DNA from: Ramazzottius varieornatus
Lineage: Eukaryota; Animalia; Tardigrada
Direction of reading: 5' to 3'
Assembly: GCA_001949185.1 (NCBI GenBank)
Contig: BDGG01000005.1
Coordinates: forward strand, 2,159,249-2,223,248
Length of the DNA: 64,000 nt
Position 1 is the stretch's first letter, and every line of letters starts with the position of its first letter. Made by a program: the position numbers and the translations under genes. Positions 26,379 through 39,069 of the stretch are shown here, piece by piece. The notes below the pieces were generated by a model. It worked only from the letters and a program-made list of their open reading frames with translations. It was not told where the DNA came from and did not search any database.

Positions 26379-27233
26379 ATGGACATCCGTCTTGCGAAGC
26401 GCCCGGCAGAGCTTGGGTCAAAGAAAGATCATGGCAGCAAGGACTGCTTCTACCTGAAGGAGCGCACCCGGAAACTGGCCGAAGTAAGTTTCATTCGCAC
26501 TGACCGATGTCCACTTCATTCTACCCTTCAAACCACGAACTAATCTGTCTAGAAGCTGTTGTTCTCTAGGTGAAAGCTTGTCGAGAAGCGTGGAGAACGT
26601 GTTCGCATCATCTGTGGATGGATGTTCTGCGCAGACTGGACGTGAGAACTTATCGCCGTTTGTCCAGGTGATATTTTCTTTCGTTTGGCGCAAAGACGTA
26701 AGACTGCCTAACGGAATTTTGCCTTCTCTAGAGTGTCGCGCGATTGGCAAAGCAATTTACAAGACGTCCCACGATACAATAAAGGGATTTTCTACCTGAA
26801 CTTTTCTACCAAGCTTCAGTTCCTACAGTTCAAAACGTTTTTTCCCAACGGGCACGAATGCTTCGAGCACATCGGCCATTACGCGCCCGAGTTGTTCTTT
26901 TCTCCTGCAAGGTGCATATTGGTGCATACTCTCCGAATCAAAGTGCCTATTCAAGAAGTGCATATTGACGAAGTGCGTGTTCACTGGGAAGGCTGCCAGT
27001 TCCGGAAACTGGATCCTGCGCACGGCGTCGGACGGAAACAGCATCCTCCCTTTGACTACGTGTGGTGGGGAAAAGTCTTCGGAGTGTCGAACTTGAGCGT
27101 TGTGAAGAAACTACACTACCGTACTGCTTTCGGAGCTCATCCCCTCAAGATCTGGTTAGGTATCGAGCCCTCTAATTACGAACACACCTTGTGGCGCGCT
27201 CGACAGAAGCAGGTTCGCCTGTCGACCTATTGA
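26379..27233 (+). CDS. F-box domain protein with unrecognised C-terminus (3 exons: 26379-26483, 26570-26667, 26732-27233; ~234 aa)
   Basis: Spliced product contains the F-box-like CSHHLWMDVLRRLDVRTYRRLSRVSRDWQSNLQ. Introns are GT-AG with CTAAY branch points, and the exon structure is conserved in the paralog at 43.3 kb. Confidence 0.78.
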
Positions 27234-28159
27234 CCGCCAAAGATTAGCTTGCCGCCGCGAGGTTTCCGGATTCGAAAGGACTTTTCGATTTTCAGGGTTT
27301 TCATGTGTGATGGTCAAGTCAGATTCCCTGAGGTTTGATGTCTAATGGTTATGTCAGTATTCTCTACACTAAACCCAGTAGTAGAGTTTGATGAAGCAAA
27401 GTGTTCTGTGATAGAAAAGTTTCTCCGATGCCATTCGAGCAGTCTTTTATGAGTTTTATCTACTTTTCATCGTGATATCGTGAATTACAGTGAAGTTTCC
27501 TTTTATTTCTGCTTGATATGAATTTAATTTTCAACAGTCTTCTGTCTTCAGAATAAAATAAGGTTCAATGTTTGCGAAGTATGATGTATGTAACGCGGAA
27601 GTGCATTTCCAAACAGTGTGCAGCTAAGTAACTTTGGATGTTTGGCCCATAATTCCATACCAGTCCGCTTAGGTAATTCTTGTCTAACCAGGGAAAACCG
27701 GAACTGCTTGAAAGAACGAGCAGCCGGTCAGAGCTTGTTCCGCTGGTTGACGTTCTTACAGATTCATGACAGAACCTCCCTAAGGTCCGCGAACTATGAA
27801 CGAAACTAAGCAACCTGTGGACCGCGAACTGTACCTGGTCAGGAACGAGATGGACAAGACGCTCTGGTGACGCGAAGTTATCACCAGAATACGACACCAC
27901 CGCACAGGCGGAAGTCAAGCTGAAGGAGTTCACTACCGTAGCGCCGGGAGGAATAGAACTCCAAAGACTCAGCAGCTAGAAGGAGAACACCAGCTTAAAC
28001 CATTCAGTACGTCGCAGCGACTTCCATCTTCATCCTGCAAGCAATATCTCGTAAGACAGCGCTTCGGTTTAAGCGGAACTTATGTGATAGGTCCCCACTG
28101 GAGTGCAACTCCCAATAACATAGTTTTGTCGCAACTTGTTAACCCAAAACAGATGTTGC

Positions 28160-28260
28160 ACAAATCCCGGGATCTGTCGATCGCGCGATATAATGTAGCA
28201 CGCGGTTCGAGTACCCGAGATTTCATACGCCCGGGATTTTATCGCGGGATTTTGCAATAT
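28160..28260. repeat. AATCCCGGGATT-motif repeat remnant (probable decayed TIR element)
   Basis: aaatcccgggatc, cccgagattt, cccgggatttt, cgcgggatttt; similar motif at 38741-38764. Confidence 0.4.
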
Positions 28261-28564
28261 TGCGCCGAAGTTACGAACAGTATTGTGACTCAATGAAAGC
28301 TATTTCGCAGTATTATTATTCAGCTCGGATGGTTTCTTCCAGAGAGCGCCCGTCGTGAAACCAGAATATGACTGTCATGAGTCTGCGAAAATCACAAGAT
28401 ATCTTCACCCCAAAAAGACAGAGATTCATGCTAGAAAGGCAAGACAATAGGAACAAGACGTATCATTCACCGCAAGGAAATAGAGAAAAAGATATTTCGG
28501 CAAAAGCCAAGCATCGACTAGATTGACTGACTATATACACAGCATCTTGAAAGTGAAGTGTGAA

Positions 28565-31500
28565 CTAGGGATGTGTCGAATGCCAGGGATAGCCCCATAA
28601 GACACATGTTTTATCCGCGCTTGTTGTGATGAAGGAAAAATCTGTGGGATGAAAATGACACTGGATCACCTTGTCCGAATGAGCGGCAGCCAGAACGGTG
28701 GGTAACGGCGCAAAGAGCTCCCCTACAAGAACGGATCCACGGTAACCTAGCAGTCAAATTCTTACTTGGATACAAAAAAAGGCAGACATACCTGCAATGT
28801 CGTGCGCCAGAACGGTTTTATCGTAGGAAGCCGTCAGCAGCATGGGCTGTTGCGGTCGGATCGAAAGTCCGCGACTTTCTTGTGGATGAACTTGAGCAAC
28901 CTGGATGACGCGATCACCCCGTAGATCCCAGATCATCATATGGCCACTCTCGTGAACACTGGCCAGAATGCTACCGGTACTGTCCACCCGGGTACACGTC
29001 ACAGGACTACCTGCAAGGACATAACATTAGAGTCGCGAGGATGTATTCTTCGGGGAGATCTAATTCTGCCGTTTTTCTTCGGGACTACACTTGTCTCAGC
29101 ACACCAAGTGTCACCAACTCGACCAGTTCGTTTTCCGAAGTAGCGCACGTTTTCAGTGATATTGACTGAGCTTGTGCGCCACTGGGCAAGACGATCTAGT
29201 CCAGTTTGTTTGCCAAGGTTCCATGTTTGTGATTTTAACCAGAACGTTTTTCCAAGTGGCGTACAAGTCCAGCAATATCCGTGAGACCGTGCACCACTTG
29301 GGAAACGGATGTGATGGAGTGTTTTAGCCAAGCCCCCGGTAGTGTTCCAGAGTACAGCAGACTAACCTGGACAACCGTTCTTTTGATGGATGACTTTGGT
29401 TGAGTTGGCTTGTCGCAGATCCCACAGTCGACAGGTCTTGTCGCCAGAACCGCTGACAAAGAGTGAGCGACCCCACGAGTACAAGCTAAGAACGGCGGCA
29501 GTGTGTTCGCTGTACTCTTTTACAGCAGTGGCTCGTCCACAGTCCGTCACTACAATCTTCTTGTCAGCACCACCCGACACCAACATCTCGTTACCGCTAT
29601 GGGGAACGAATATGACATCGCGAATGGTGTCATTATGCACTCGCATCTCCACATTCTTATCTGTGACCGGAAAACAGTTGAAATTTAAGGAACAGCCTTC
29701 GTACAGGAAAACAGTATCTTCCCCGCTTACCAATGATGGCCTGCCTTGACGTATCGAAGCCCACCAACTTGAGAGCTTTATCATTGGAGCCCGTTGCAAT
29801 CAAGTTACCGGTTGCGTTCCACGCCACACAAAAGACTGAGCTCTTGTGGTGAGAATGACGCTGATCAACGATGGTTGCCGGTTGACTGATCACTCCCTCC
29901 AACCTGAGAACAAAATGTCAAGGACAATTGCATAAAGTGAATATTAAAAGACTGCAGACAGTGTAGAACTTGTACCTGGAAGACATGAGGGTTGAAGGGT
30001 AGGCACAAACGCGAAGGACTTGTGAGTTGCTACCGACAGCGTAAAAGTCACCACTGGGATGGAAGGCAGCACAACGTATGGCCGCCGTATCTCTAACGAA
30101 CTGCACCGGTACAAAGCTACTTCCTTCGGCCATCTATAACGCACAAGAACGTTGCCAACCACCGTTTAAATAGAGTGATCCATAACTGTCTATCAGCGCT
30201 TACCGAGCCGAAAAAGTCTGTGCGGCCGATACTACCTCGTCGACCGTCATCGGTCGAAGAAGGCGTAGCTTTGGTCGGAGTAAGGTCCCCGCCGACGCTA
30301 CTGCCATTCCGCGATGAATCATCCTTTACTGCGGCGGCTACTGATCCTTCGCCCAGCCGTGAGGAAGTCTTTTGGGCCGATGGCTGCCCGCTAGAAGCCA
30401 CTTGGTGGGTAACTTCCGGCTGGCTAGCCGGAGACGACTTTCCGGCACTCAAAGCCGTGCCGTTCCCTTTGCTTCCGGGAGATGAAACCTACAACAAAAC
30501 CAAACTGTCTTTTGCCTATCCACCTTATCATCCTGCAAGCGTGCGGGCTTTGGTGGCGGAATAGTTACCTTTCTGGGGGAAATTGTAGGTTCGAGGATTT
30601 GTGCCATGAGAAGCTGCCGTTGTCGTTCGCGTTCTTCCCATTCATCTTGCACCTTCTTTCGTTCGTTCTCCTCACGATTTCTTGCTTCAGCCGTCTTGAG
30701 ACGTTCTTCCTGTAGGTTACTCTGTAGCTTCTCCATGCTACCTCTTCCTTCCACCTCTTCCATTTCCGAGTCTGCACTTTCACTGATGGGCGACAATGGT
30801 TCGCCTTGTGACATGTTGCCACCTATTACGCCACCTATTCCGCCACCGAGGTACAGCTGACTTGTATCACCTTGACTGGCCCCTGCTGTGCTTCCACTGT
30901 TTGACCCCTAGAAAAACATAAGTAGATGAATCAGGAAAGTAAAGAAGGAAGTTGGGAGACCGGCAAACACTCGGGATGATTGTCATCTAAAGTGGCGGAG
31001 TTTTTCTTATTGTTGGCTGGAGGCGTGGTCGCTTGAGAGAAAATATCGAGGTTGTTTGCCGACCTCCCGTATGCTGTATTCTAATGTGTAAATGATAAAC
31101 ATACGTGTGTGACGGATGTAGATAAGTCCGGACGAGCCGAGCGAGAAATAACCGGACTTTGATGTCGTCGCGGTGAGCTGAACATATCGTTAGCCAGAGG
31201 ATCTTCTTGGCCCGACATACCCAAGTGAAATGACTGGGAAAGTGATTTATGTCGAGCTGACTGGGAGTTGAAGCCCGAAGAGCGTCGTCGAAAGCCGTCC
31301 ATCTGCTCGACCATAGACTGAACCATCCGATCGTTGACAGCCACTCGCGCAGAGGCTGTCATGACTCCGTCCCCGCTTTCTCGTGGCGCGCCGCTGTGGA
31401 GCCGGATAGGTGTCTGCTGGATGAGCTCGGTCCACGTAGCTTCCAGCAAGGGTTTCTCCAACTCGCGATAGTTCAACGGCAACGTCTTCTCTTCGAACTG

Positions 31501-32437
31501 GTAGGTGAAGGCTTCCGTCGGGATCGACTGTAGCCAGGATAATAACGTCATGTCCAGGTTGGGCGTCATGCGAGGAAGTAGGGAAGAAAAGCGGAGATCG
31601 TCGGACCCCTTCTTGGCTCGTTGTGTACATAGTCGACTGGCCGTCTCGTACAGTATCCCTGGAAAAACCAAAAGATGCAGCGCGTAACATCACGCGTGAC
31701 TTTCAACGGCCAGTCATAACACGACAAAAGCGAACATAGCCATGACGTCACACCATATGTATAAGCAGCCCTGAACACTTTGACTTGGCCTGATGACGTC
31801 AGGAGCGAACCAAAGTGGGTAAATCAAAGTTACCTTTAATGAGAAGGTTGATTAGTCTTCCAGGAGGACTTTGTGACACTTCGGCTGTAATCGGTGTCTT
31901 TTCCGTCTGGAGAACTTCCTCCACCAAAGGTCGCACTTCTCGGAAGCACTTGATGCGAGCACTGCTGGGATTCCAGTCATGGTAGTCGGGATGCTGTTGG
32001 ATGCTCGGGTAGGTTAACAATAAACGGTACTCGTTCAGCTCGGCTTTATCACACAAACTCTCCAAATCCCGTAAACAACCGACCGCGGCTTGCTCGTTGA
32101 ACTTAGTGTTGCCCACCTCATTCTTGATGCACAGCAACTCCAAGTATTTGTAACGATGGATAATCTTCTTGAAGAAGGTATAGTCGAAGTTGTCTGCTTG
32201 GGTTAATGGTTCAACGTAGTCCACAGCGTCATCCCAGGCTCCTTCCACTATCAAGTTCCGTAGGAATAACACTTCTTCGGAATAATGGCCGTTAACGATC
32301 CCCGTCTCCCGTTCGAGGGCTATTTGGGATATGTTTAGATTCTTGGCTTCCAGAAAGTCGAGAATGAGAAGGATAATATCTTTGTCCGTCAAGTTAACTT
32401 GCCCATTGGCAGTCGTCGAATTGGGCTTGATCACCAT
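28565..32437 (-). CDS. WDR47: WD repeat-containing protein 47 (LisH/CTLH + C-terminal WD40), multi-exon
   Basis: N-terminus DIILLILDFLEAKNLNISQIALERETG (LisH), FLRNLIVEGAWDDAVDYVEPL (CTLH), HPDYHDWNPSSARIKCF. WD40 motifs IRCAAFHPSGDFYAVGSNS, HHKSSVFCVAWN...IATGSNDK, and the C-terminus HSDKVIQCHFHPTDFSFITTSADKTCVLW. Confidence 0.95.
29112..29332. repeat. Two adjacent palindromic element copies in a WDR47 intron
   Basis: aagtagcgcac-25-gtgcgccactgg and aagtggcgtac-24-gtgcaccacttgg. Confidence 0.85.
30954..31068. repeat. Degenerate full-length palindromic element in a WDR47 intron
   Basis: gggagaccggcaaacactcg...cgaggttgtttgccgacctccc, with a decayed core (spacer 24). Confidence 0.75.
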
Positions 32438-32713
32438 CTTAAAAGTTGCTCCTGCTCCAACCTCGCTACATCGGCTGCCGCAACATCCTCCAGAATAGTC
32501 TGCTAGATTGGAATTATTCCAGAGTTCCGACGAGTAGAGTGGTGAGATATCGATGTTGCTGTTTTGATTTTACGAATCTATAATTCCTCAACCTCAGCAG
32601 TCCGCTCCTTCGACTGATTCCTGTAGTAGTTGATTAATTCACCTTGCGTCATCAGACTTATCGCAATTTTTGCAATGCTTAATGGCGCTTCTTGTTTTTT
32701 CCAAATTCCAGTT

Positions 32714-32792
32714 GTGGTTATAGAATACTAGCTAGTGGTTGATTATAGAATACTAGCTAGTGGTTGATTATAGAATACTAGCTAGTGGTTGA
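32714..32792. repeat. 25-bp tandem repeat x3 upstream of WDR47
   Basis: tagaatactagctagtggttgatta repeated three times, near-perfect. Confidence 0.92.
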
Positions 32793-33137
32793 CTGTGGTT
32801 CTGACCACTGGGAAGGCCGAGCGGAAGTAAAGAAGCACAAGTTTTGCGAGTAAAAACTTTTGCTACTCGGATCAAGTCGCGCACTTGTTTTCAGTACAGA
32901 GGCTGCGGTATCTGAAAGCTCGAACAATCTGATCGTCCATTGAAATCTCGACAGACTTAAAAGAGCCCCGCTTCGCTCGGCCTGACAAGACACTGCTCGC
33001 CTTCGGCTCGCTAAGTTCAGGGATGCGAGGTAGTTTTGGAAAGTTTACGTGCATTTAAGGGACGGTACATGGAATGTTTTTTGAAGAATATATCGGTAGG
33101 GAGAGGTTAATGTGAAGGACAATATACTACACACGTT

Positions 33138-34020
33138 CTAAGTCACAGGGCATATGTAAAGTTCTTCGGGATGGAAAGTTTTACTTTCTCGTTCGGAGCT
33201 TGGAATGGTACGCTGTTTTGTTTTGCTTTTTGGTCTCAAGAGCTGGTTTAAGTCGTGGATTTCTTGTTTTTCTGGTGTGAGAAGTATTCTTTGGGGTGAT
33301 GGGCGGTTGTTTGCTCGCTTGGTCTTCGTCGCTAGAGTCAAGAAGGGTCAGTCGTTGTTTTGTCGGTGTCGGTCTGACCGGTGAAGTGAAGGGTGAGGGA
33401 ATCGGAGTTTCTTCAGATGAGCTAATTGGAGCTTCAGGTGCCCTTGAGTTCTTGGGTTTCGTGCTGAAAAAGTTGGTCGTATCTGGCGTTGGAAAATTTC
33501 GGTAAAGCTCACACAGCGGAAGGACGTTCAGGGAGACACCGTATTTCCGGATTGCTTGTGACTGTTCGCTGGTAGCGACATAAAAGAAACCATATTGATG
33601 TTCAAGTTCGAGGAGGTTTCCTTGCAATTTCAGGACATACAAAAACGTGTACACCTTTGAAGACATGTCAGGGGAAATCGAGTTGACCTGGAACAGAAAA
33701 TTTGAAACAGGGTACGGTGTGAATACCGGCGTGCACGTGCCATGACGTTGTAACTTTAAGGTTGAACTCCTGATGAGTGGTGTTATCGACTACAGACATG
33801 GTAACTTCTTTCTGCGTGCGTCTGACTTCGAGGACGAGTAGAATGATGTCTGGAAACATGGAAACTGATTGGAAACTATTTTTATGTCAGCTGGAAAAGC
33901 AATAGACTGTGTTAGACTTAGGTTTATCCTGCTGAATGGTTTTGTACTGGGGCGGTCGAGCAAATCTTTCAAGGTTCGAAGGTGTGGGACATCAGGTTGT
34001 CGGTTGCGTACGATGTTCAC
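33138..34020 (-). CDS. Unidentified coding or pseudogene fragments
   Basis: Consecutive same-strand ORFs (33790-34020, 33668-33859, 33181-33666) with protein-like composition and a Pro/Ser/Lys-rich tail; no motif recognised. Confidence 0.3.
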
Positions 34021-34550
34021 GGTTGTATGTTGTTGGACTTGAATTTGTAAGGGGATGATTGCACTATACTTTTCGAAGTTCGCTTATCTAGAGTGAAAGT
34101 AAGGGCATATTCGCCGAAAGATCTGATGGTGTTTCAGTTATGACAGAGTCTTACTTGACCTGACTTCCAGTTCGATAGTTTTTCGAGGTGTGGTTCAAAA
34201 GAAATTCCATTTACTGTTCCTGTATGATCAGCTAGCATGAATCTCCGGAGAAATTAGACGTTCGGCTTTCGTGGCTCATCGACGAACATAACAATAGCCT
34301 GTATGGACCTGCAGATACCGGATGAGTCCAGGTTTTTGTTTAAGTTATCTGGAAGCTGTAACCGTACGTACTTATAACTTCCTGGTACGAGCGTGAGCAA
34401 TCCTGTTTCAGACTTTTTGATCTTCACGTTTTTAGGTATCGTTCTGTGTTTCTTCAGATCATTTCAAGGACCCTGTGAGGTAAACTCTTTTATAACGTTG
34501 CTTGGGGATTGGTAGTTCACGTAACAACCGTGTCGTAGTTGTTGCAGAGC

Positions 34551-35191
34551 TATTGCTGGGATAAATGTGATATATCGTATCTTACCGAAATATATCACAT
34601 CACAGAGATTCGATTTGATAAAAATATCATATCGAAATATCGATATGGACGGAATATCGCTGAGCGGAATATGATAAATGAAAATATCATATCGCGGTAT
34701 ATCGATATATTTCTGATTTATCGATAAATCGCAAACCTGTACTTGAGAATCGGAACTTCGGACGTCAATACTCCGGTTCGGTACCGCGCAGGCAGCGCAG
34801 CCTCGCCCGTAATGCATCGCGCACATGCATCCAAGCTGACTTCGAAGATGTGAACAGTCAGCGTACCTCGGTGCGTAACGACAGACCTTGATAGATTGAG
34901 CAACGAACACATTCACGTACACGAAGACATCTGACTTTTGTTCGGACTCGAACGTAGTGAACGACAGCCGTTTGGTTTCTCTTTGGCTCTTCCTTGATTT
35001 CGATAGTTTTCAACAGGGCACTGGCTTGATATATCAATAACTGGCTGCAATAAAATTCGATATATCAACAATAAAACATCAGACGTATCATATCGAAAAA
35101 TCGAGACGTGGTTGATATCGAAAACGAAATATAGATATTGAAAGATATTTATCAGAAAACATCATATTTTATCGTAATTATCCCAGCACTA
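34551..35191. mobile_element. Non-autonomous TIR element with CGATAT/ATATCG-rich subterminal arrays (hAT-like ends)
   Basis: TATTGCTGGGATAAAT...ATTATCCCAGCACTA imperfect TIRs; dense GATATC/ATCGAT motifs at both ends; no TSD recognised. Confidence 0.75.
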
Positions 35192-36877
35192 GATGGGAAT
35201 CCATAGTGGATAGTGCGTCAGAACGTGATTTAGATTACTTTATCTCCGTACCGTTTTGATCGATCAATAAGCAACCGTTATCTGTCTGTTATGGCGGATC
35301 CATCTAACCCATAGAAAGAAGAGCTGGTAAAGAAGCTGACATCTATGCTTCTGCCTTCCTCCGGAACCTACGACGAGCTTCTGGAAAGATACAGCACCGC
35401 GCTGGCAGAGTGCAAGGCGAGGTACAACCTCCCGTCATTGCACATATGGCCGACTCACAACCAGCCCACGGAACAGCAGCTTCTTCAGCTTGGACGCCAA
35501 GCTGAACAGATCAGATCAACAGATTAAAACCGTCAGAGCTGTGCAGGTAAGCCAGGATACCATCTTGGGGAGACTGTCATGGCTGGAGAACGTCCCCCAA
35601 CGGCTGCCTTTCCCGCCATATGAGCCTCCTGCCACTACGTGTAGTGTCCCCATTATGGTCCAGGCTACCGTCGCCGCAACGCCAGTCATGTCCCCAGACA
35701 AGCCTGTCATAGTTCCAATACTTGCTGCCGTCACAGCGCGAAGATCCCAACCATCCAAGATTCCTACTGTCTTGCGGAAATCAACCCGCGTTGTTGTGAG
35801 GTATGAAGAAGGCTGATGAAGAAAGTATTACAGCCAACCCGCTGCGAGCCATGGAGCCGCCGGGTCGTGACTTCGCCATTCGGGGTGTCCTGAGACACGT
35901 AATCGCTGAACAGCTGAAAGATTACAGTACCTGCAAAGCATTGGAGTAAATCCTTGCTTCGTCCGGATAGTTCCTGTCGGCTCTGGCGATACTAAGTCTC
36001 CCACTGTCGGTCGCATTGGAGTCCACGCGAGCGATGCGACCTTGTCCTGAAAGCCGAGAACTGGACGTCCAAAATCAACATCACACCTTGGAAGTTCGGA
36101 CTATAACTATGAACCGAACTGCTAACCAAATGTTTTCGCTGTGTGTTGTAAAGTTTCCTTTAGTCTCTCTTGCTGGCTTGCTGAACGGATCTAAACTGTT
36201 ACCTTGGACTTGAAGAATTGATCTTTATAACGATACTCTTCCCTAATCAACCGTTTGACTCTGTTTTGGTTACACTTTCCATCGCTGTGCTAAGTAAACT
36301 TTGATCCTCTCAACATCGAGGAGGTCGTTGACTAGATTGTCGAGGCTAATAAATTTCCTTCCTTCCTAGGAACATCGTAACATCAAAGGAATAAGTTCGT
36401 CTCGTAGCCCTGTGTGTTAAAAGAGTCGCACAATATTTACACATGACGTTTTCCATACGACGCTTTCGCTCGCAATCTCTATACTACCATAGTTCAATTA
36501 GGACAAGTGAAAATGGATGGCTCAGCAGCTGACTAGCTGAGGGTTTATACCCAAAATACTTCAGCTGGACCGGAAACCATTTTTACTATTCCCGCCTTTG
36601 CCAACGGGGTCACGAATAGCCCCAGGGTTATTCTCTCTTTGTTGTGCTTTTCGGCCTTGACCATGTCACGTGTGGAGTGGGCTTTCAAATTCTTGTTTTC
36701 GAATTTCGACTGACCACGCCGATCGATAAGGCTGTTTTTCGAGATTCCCATCAGCTTCCTGGCCAGTCTTGTTCTGCACTGTTCTGGTTTTCGCCAGCAG
36801 GTCGTTGGGGACTCTATCAGGAATCAGAACCTACTGGTTGGTTCATGGGTGAGAGGATGTACACGGCTCAAGTCCAC

Positions 36878-36987
36878 TAGTACGTACATGTACAGCCAGC
36901 TGGCTCGTATGTATATGTACAGCTAGCTGCTCGTATGTACAAATACATTTACAGCCAGCTGGCTCGTATGTACAAGTACCTGTACAG
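36878..36987. repeat. Minisatellite (tacagccagctggctcgtatgta) x3
   Basis: tacagccagctggctcgtatgta / tacagctagctg-ctcgtatgta / tacagccagctggctcgtatgta. Confidence 0.8.
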
Positions 36988-37594
36988 TGATCTATATGGT
37001 CAACATCGGTTCAAGTGGGGAGTCCCGACTCAGAGCGCAGGTGAACCAGGATCGCTGGCCCCTGAGTGTTGAGCTTCAACCTTGCCGCGAGTCGAATGGG
37101 TTCGTCCGGACAGACAATGCGTTCTCCCTAGGCGCCCAAACAAGTCTTCGCTTATAATATACCGTTTATGACCACATGCTTGAACTGTTGACGGAGATAT
37201 GCTGGGTGAAGGTAGCAAAAATGATGATGCAATACTGAGTCTTTGGCAAGAGCTAGTCAACCCCCGTCAAGATTTTACAGTCGCGTTCATGGTTTTCAGT
37301 CGACTGGCCAACTGAGGTGTGAGGAAAAAGGTGAGCGACTGAATTTCTGTTAGGCTGTTGGTGGGACTCGATGGAAAAGAAGCAAAGGAAGGGGATCATC
37401 CCCTTGTGCTTCTTGACCATGTCTTTGCGAGAAAGCAAATTGGACCTAATCCATTTCTGTCCACGTTGAACCCGTCATCAAGCCAAAATGGCACTTTTGT
37501 AATGATCAGCCATGTATTCGGCACGTGAGCCCTATAAATGTTGTTCGGCGATCCTTTCGCCCGTTAACCCTTCGACACTTGGGCCGTGTTCATT

Positions 37595-37881
37595 TAGTGG
37601 TAGGCTACTAGGTCGTTATGAGGATTATGATGAACCAGCGTTCATAAAGGCGATTATGTTCAACCCAGCAGTGGGTTACTCATAACAACCCAAAAATCGT
37701 TCACAAGTCGAAAAATTATGCGATGAGTCATTTCAACCCCGTTTCATCTAACCTCGTCGCCGACTACGTCGACTTTGTGAACGCGTCAGGGTAGGCAACC
37801 AGCGTAGCCAACCAACTCCATTATAAAGCGCCTACCAGAGCTACTAGCCAAAAACGGCTAGTAGCTTTCTACCCAGCACTG
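37595..37881. mobile_element. Degenerate TIR element related to the 34.5/38.8-kb family
   Basis: Right end ctagtagctttctacccagcactg (reverse complement CAGTGCTGGGTAG); weak left counterpart tagtggtaggctactag. Confidence 0.35.
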
Positions 37882-38780
37882 GAGAGTGCGACTGATGATG
37901 CGTTTTATCTCTCCACCGAGTTATCATTTTTCTCCTTATCTCTTCCAATGTGAGGATGGAGCTCCCGAATGATCAGTTTGATCCAGTCAGGGTGCAAACA
38001 CCGAGACGAGAGCAAAAGGGAAAGCAATCCGTCTTGTTGGGACGATAAGGGAGAAATGGTGCGAATAGGAATCGCTAATGTTAAGCAAAGCTCGAAAGTA
38101 ACTAGCGAGGTTGCGATTGCTGGTTTTGTGAACGCTGGTTCGTCGCAAAGATTTCGGTTTACTGTGGGGTTGATTGAAGAGCTCAGAATTGTTCAATGTT
38201 AAGAGCAACACAAAGCCGCTCTGCACCCGGGTTCGCAGACCACGCGCTCTGGAGCCAATGTTGGTAGATGATACTGAACGACCATGGGATTACGGTGACG
38301 GCGACGAAGAGGAACCTCCTGCATGCGAAGAAGACGAAAGCCAAGATACAGATTTGCCAAACGGACTTCCGGAGGCGGACGTCGAAGACACCAAAGAGAC
38401 CGGACTGGGGATGGTCGGCCGGACTGCTCCAAACAGTCAAGAATCCGAGGTATGACTACTTCCGGCCTGTTTGGGAATTTGCCATCACCCGCATAATTAT
38501 TAAGCATTAAATATTTCGATTAAACTGGGTGGATGCAGATTTGGCGAGCTGAAATTTTGTACTTCTAATTCACAGACTAGTGAAAGTGACGATGTGTCTG
38601 ATCTGAGTTCCTGCTGGTATAAAGACTACAAGGAAGCAAGTCCGCGGTGTTTCAACAAAATGTTGACTAGTGGAACTTTCCTGCCTCATGGCTACAATGC
38701 GTGGCTAACTCGGCGTAACCAGAACCGTGACACAAAACGAAAAATCCCGGGGACCCAAATCCCGTATGAATGGTTCAGAT

Positions 38781-39069
38781 TAGTGCTGGCAAAAATACGA
38801 TAAAATTCGATACGATATTTTTCGATACAATATCGGCGGATATTTTATCGCGGTCTTCGATATTCATTCGATATCGATATTTCTGTACGATATTTTTCCG
38901 TTACCGCACGTTCGATATATCGGCGATACGATATCGCCGAATACTACATTGCATTATTCGATACGAGTTTCATATCTATATTTTCGATACGATAGCTGCC
39001 GCATATTTTATCGCAAAGATTCGATATATTTCGATACGATATCGGTATACCGTATCGTTGCCAGCACTA
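38781..39069. mobile_element. Non-autonomous TIR element (289 bp), CGATA-rich
   Basis: Perfect 12-bp TIR TAGTGCTGGCAA...TTGCCAGCACTA; interior built almost entirely of CGATA/TATCG motifs; ends resemble those of the 34551 element. Confidence 0.85.

Noticed and set aside
35345-35816. LRKSTR-containing ORF as an LTR-retrotransposon integrase tail
   Set aside because: No integrase core, PPT or paired LTRs were found; the motif alone is insufficient.
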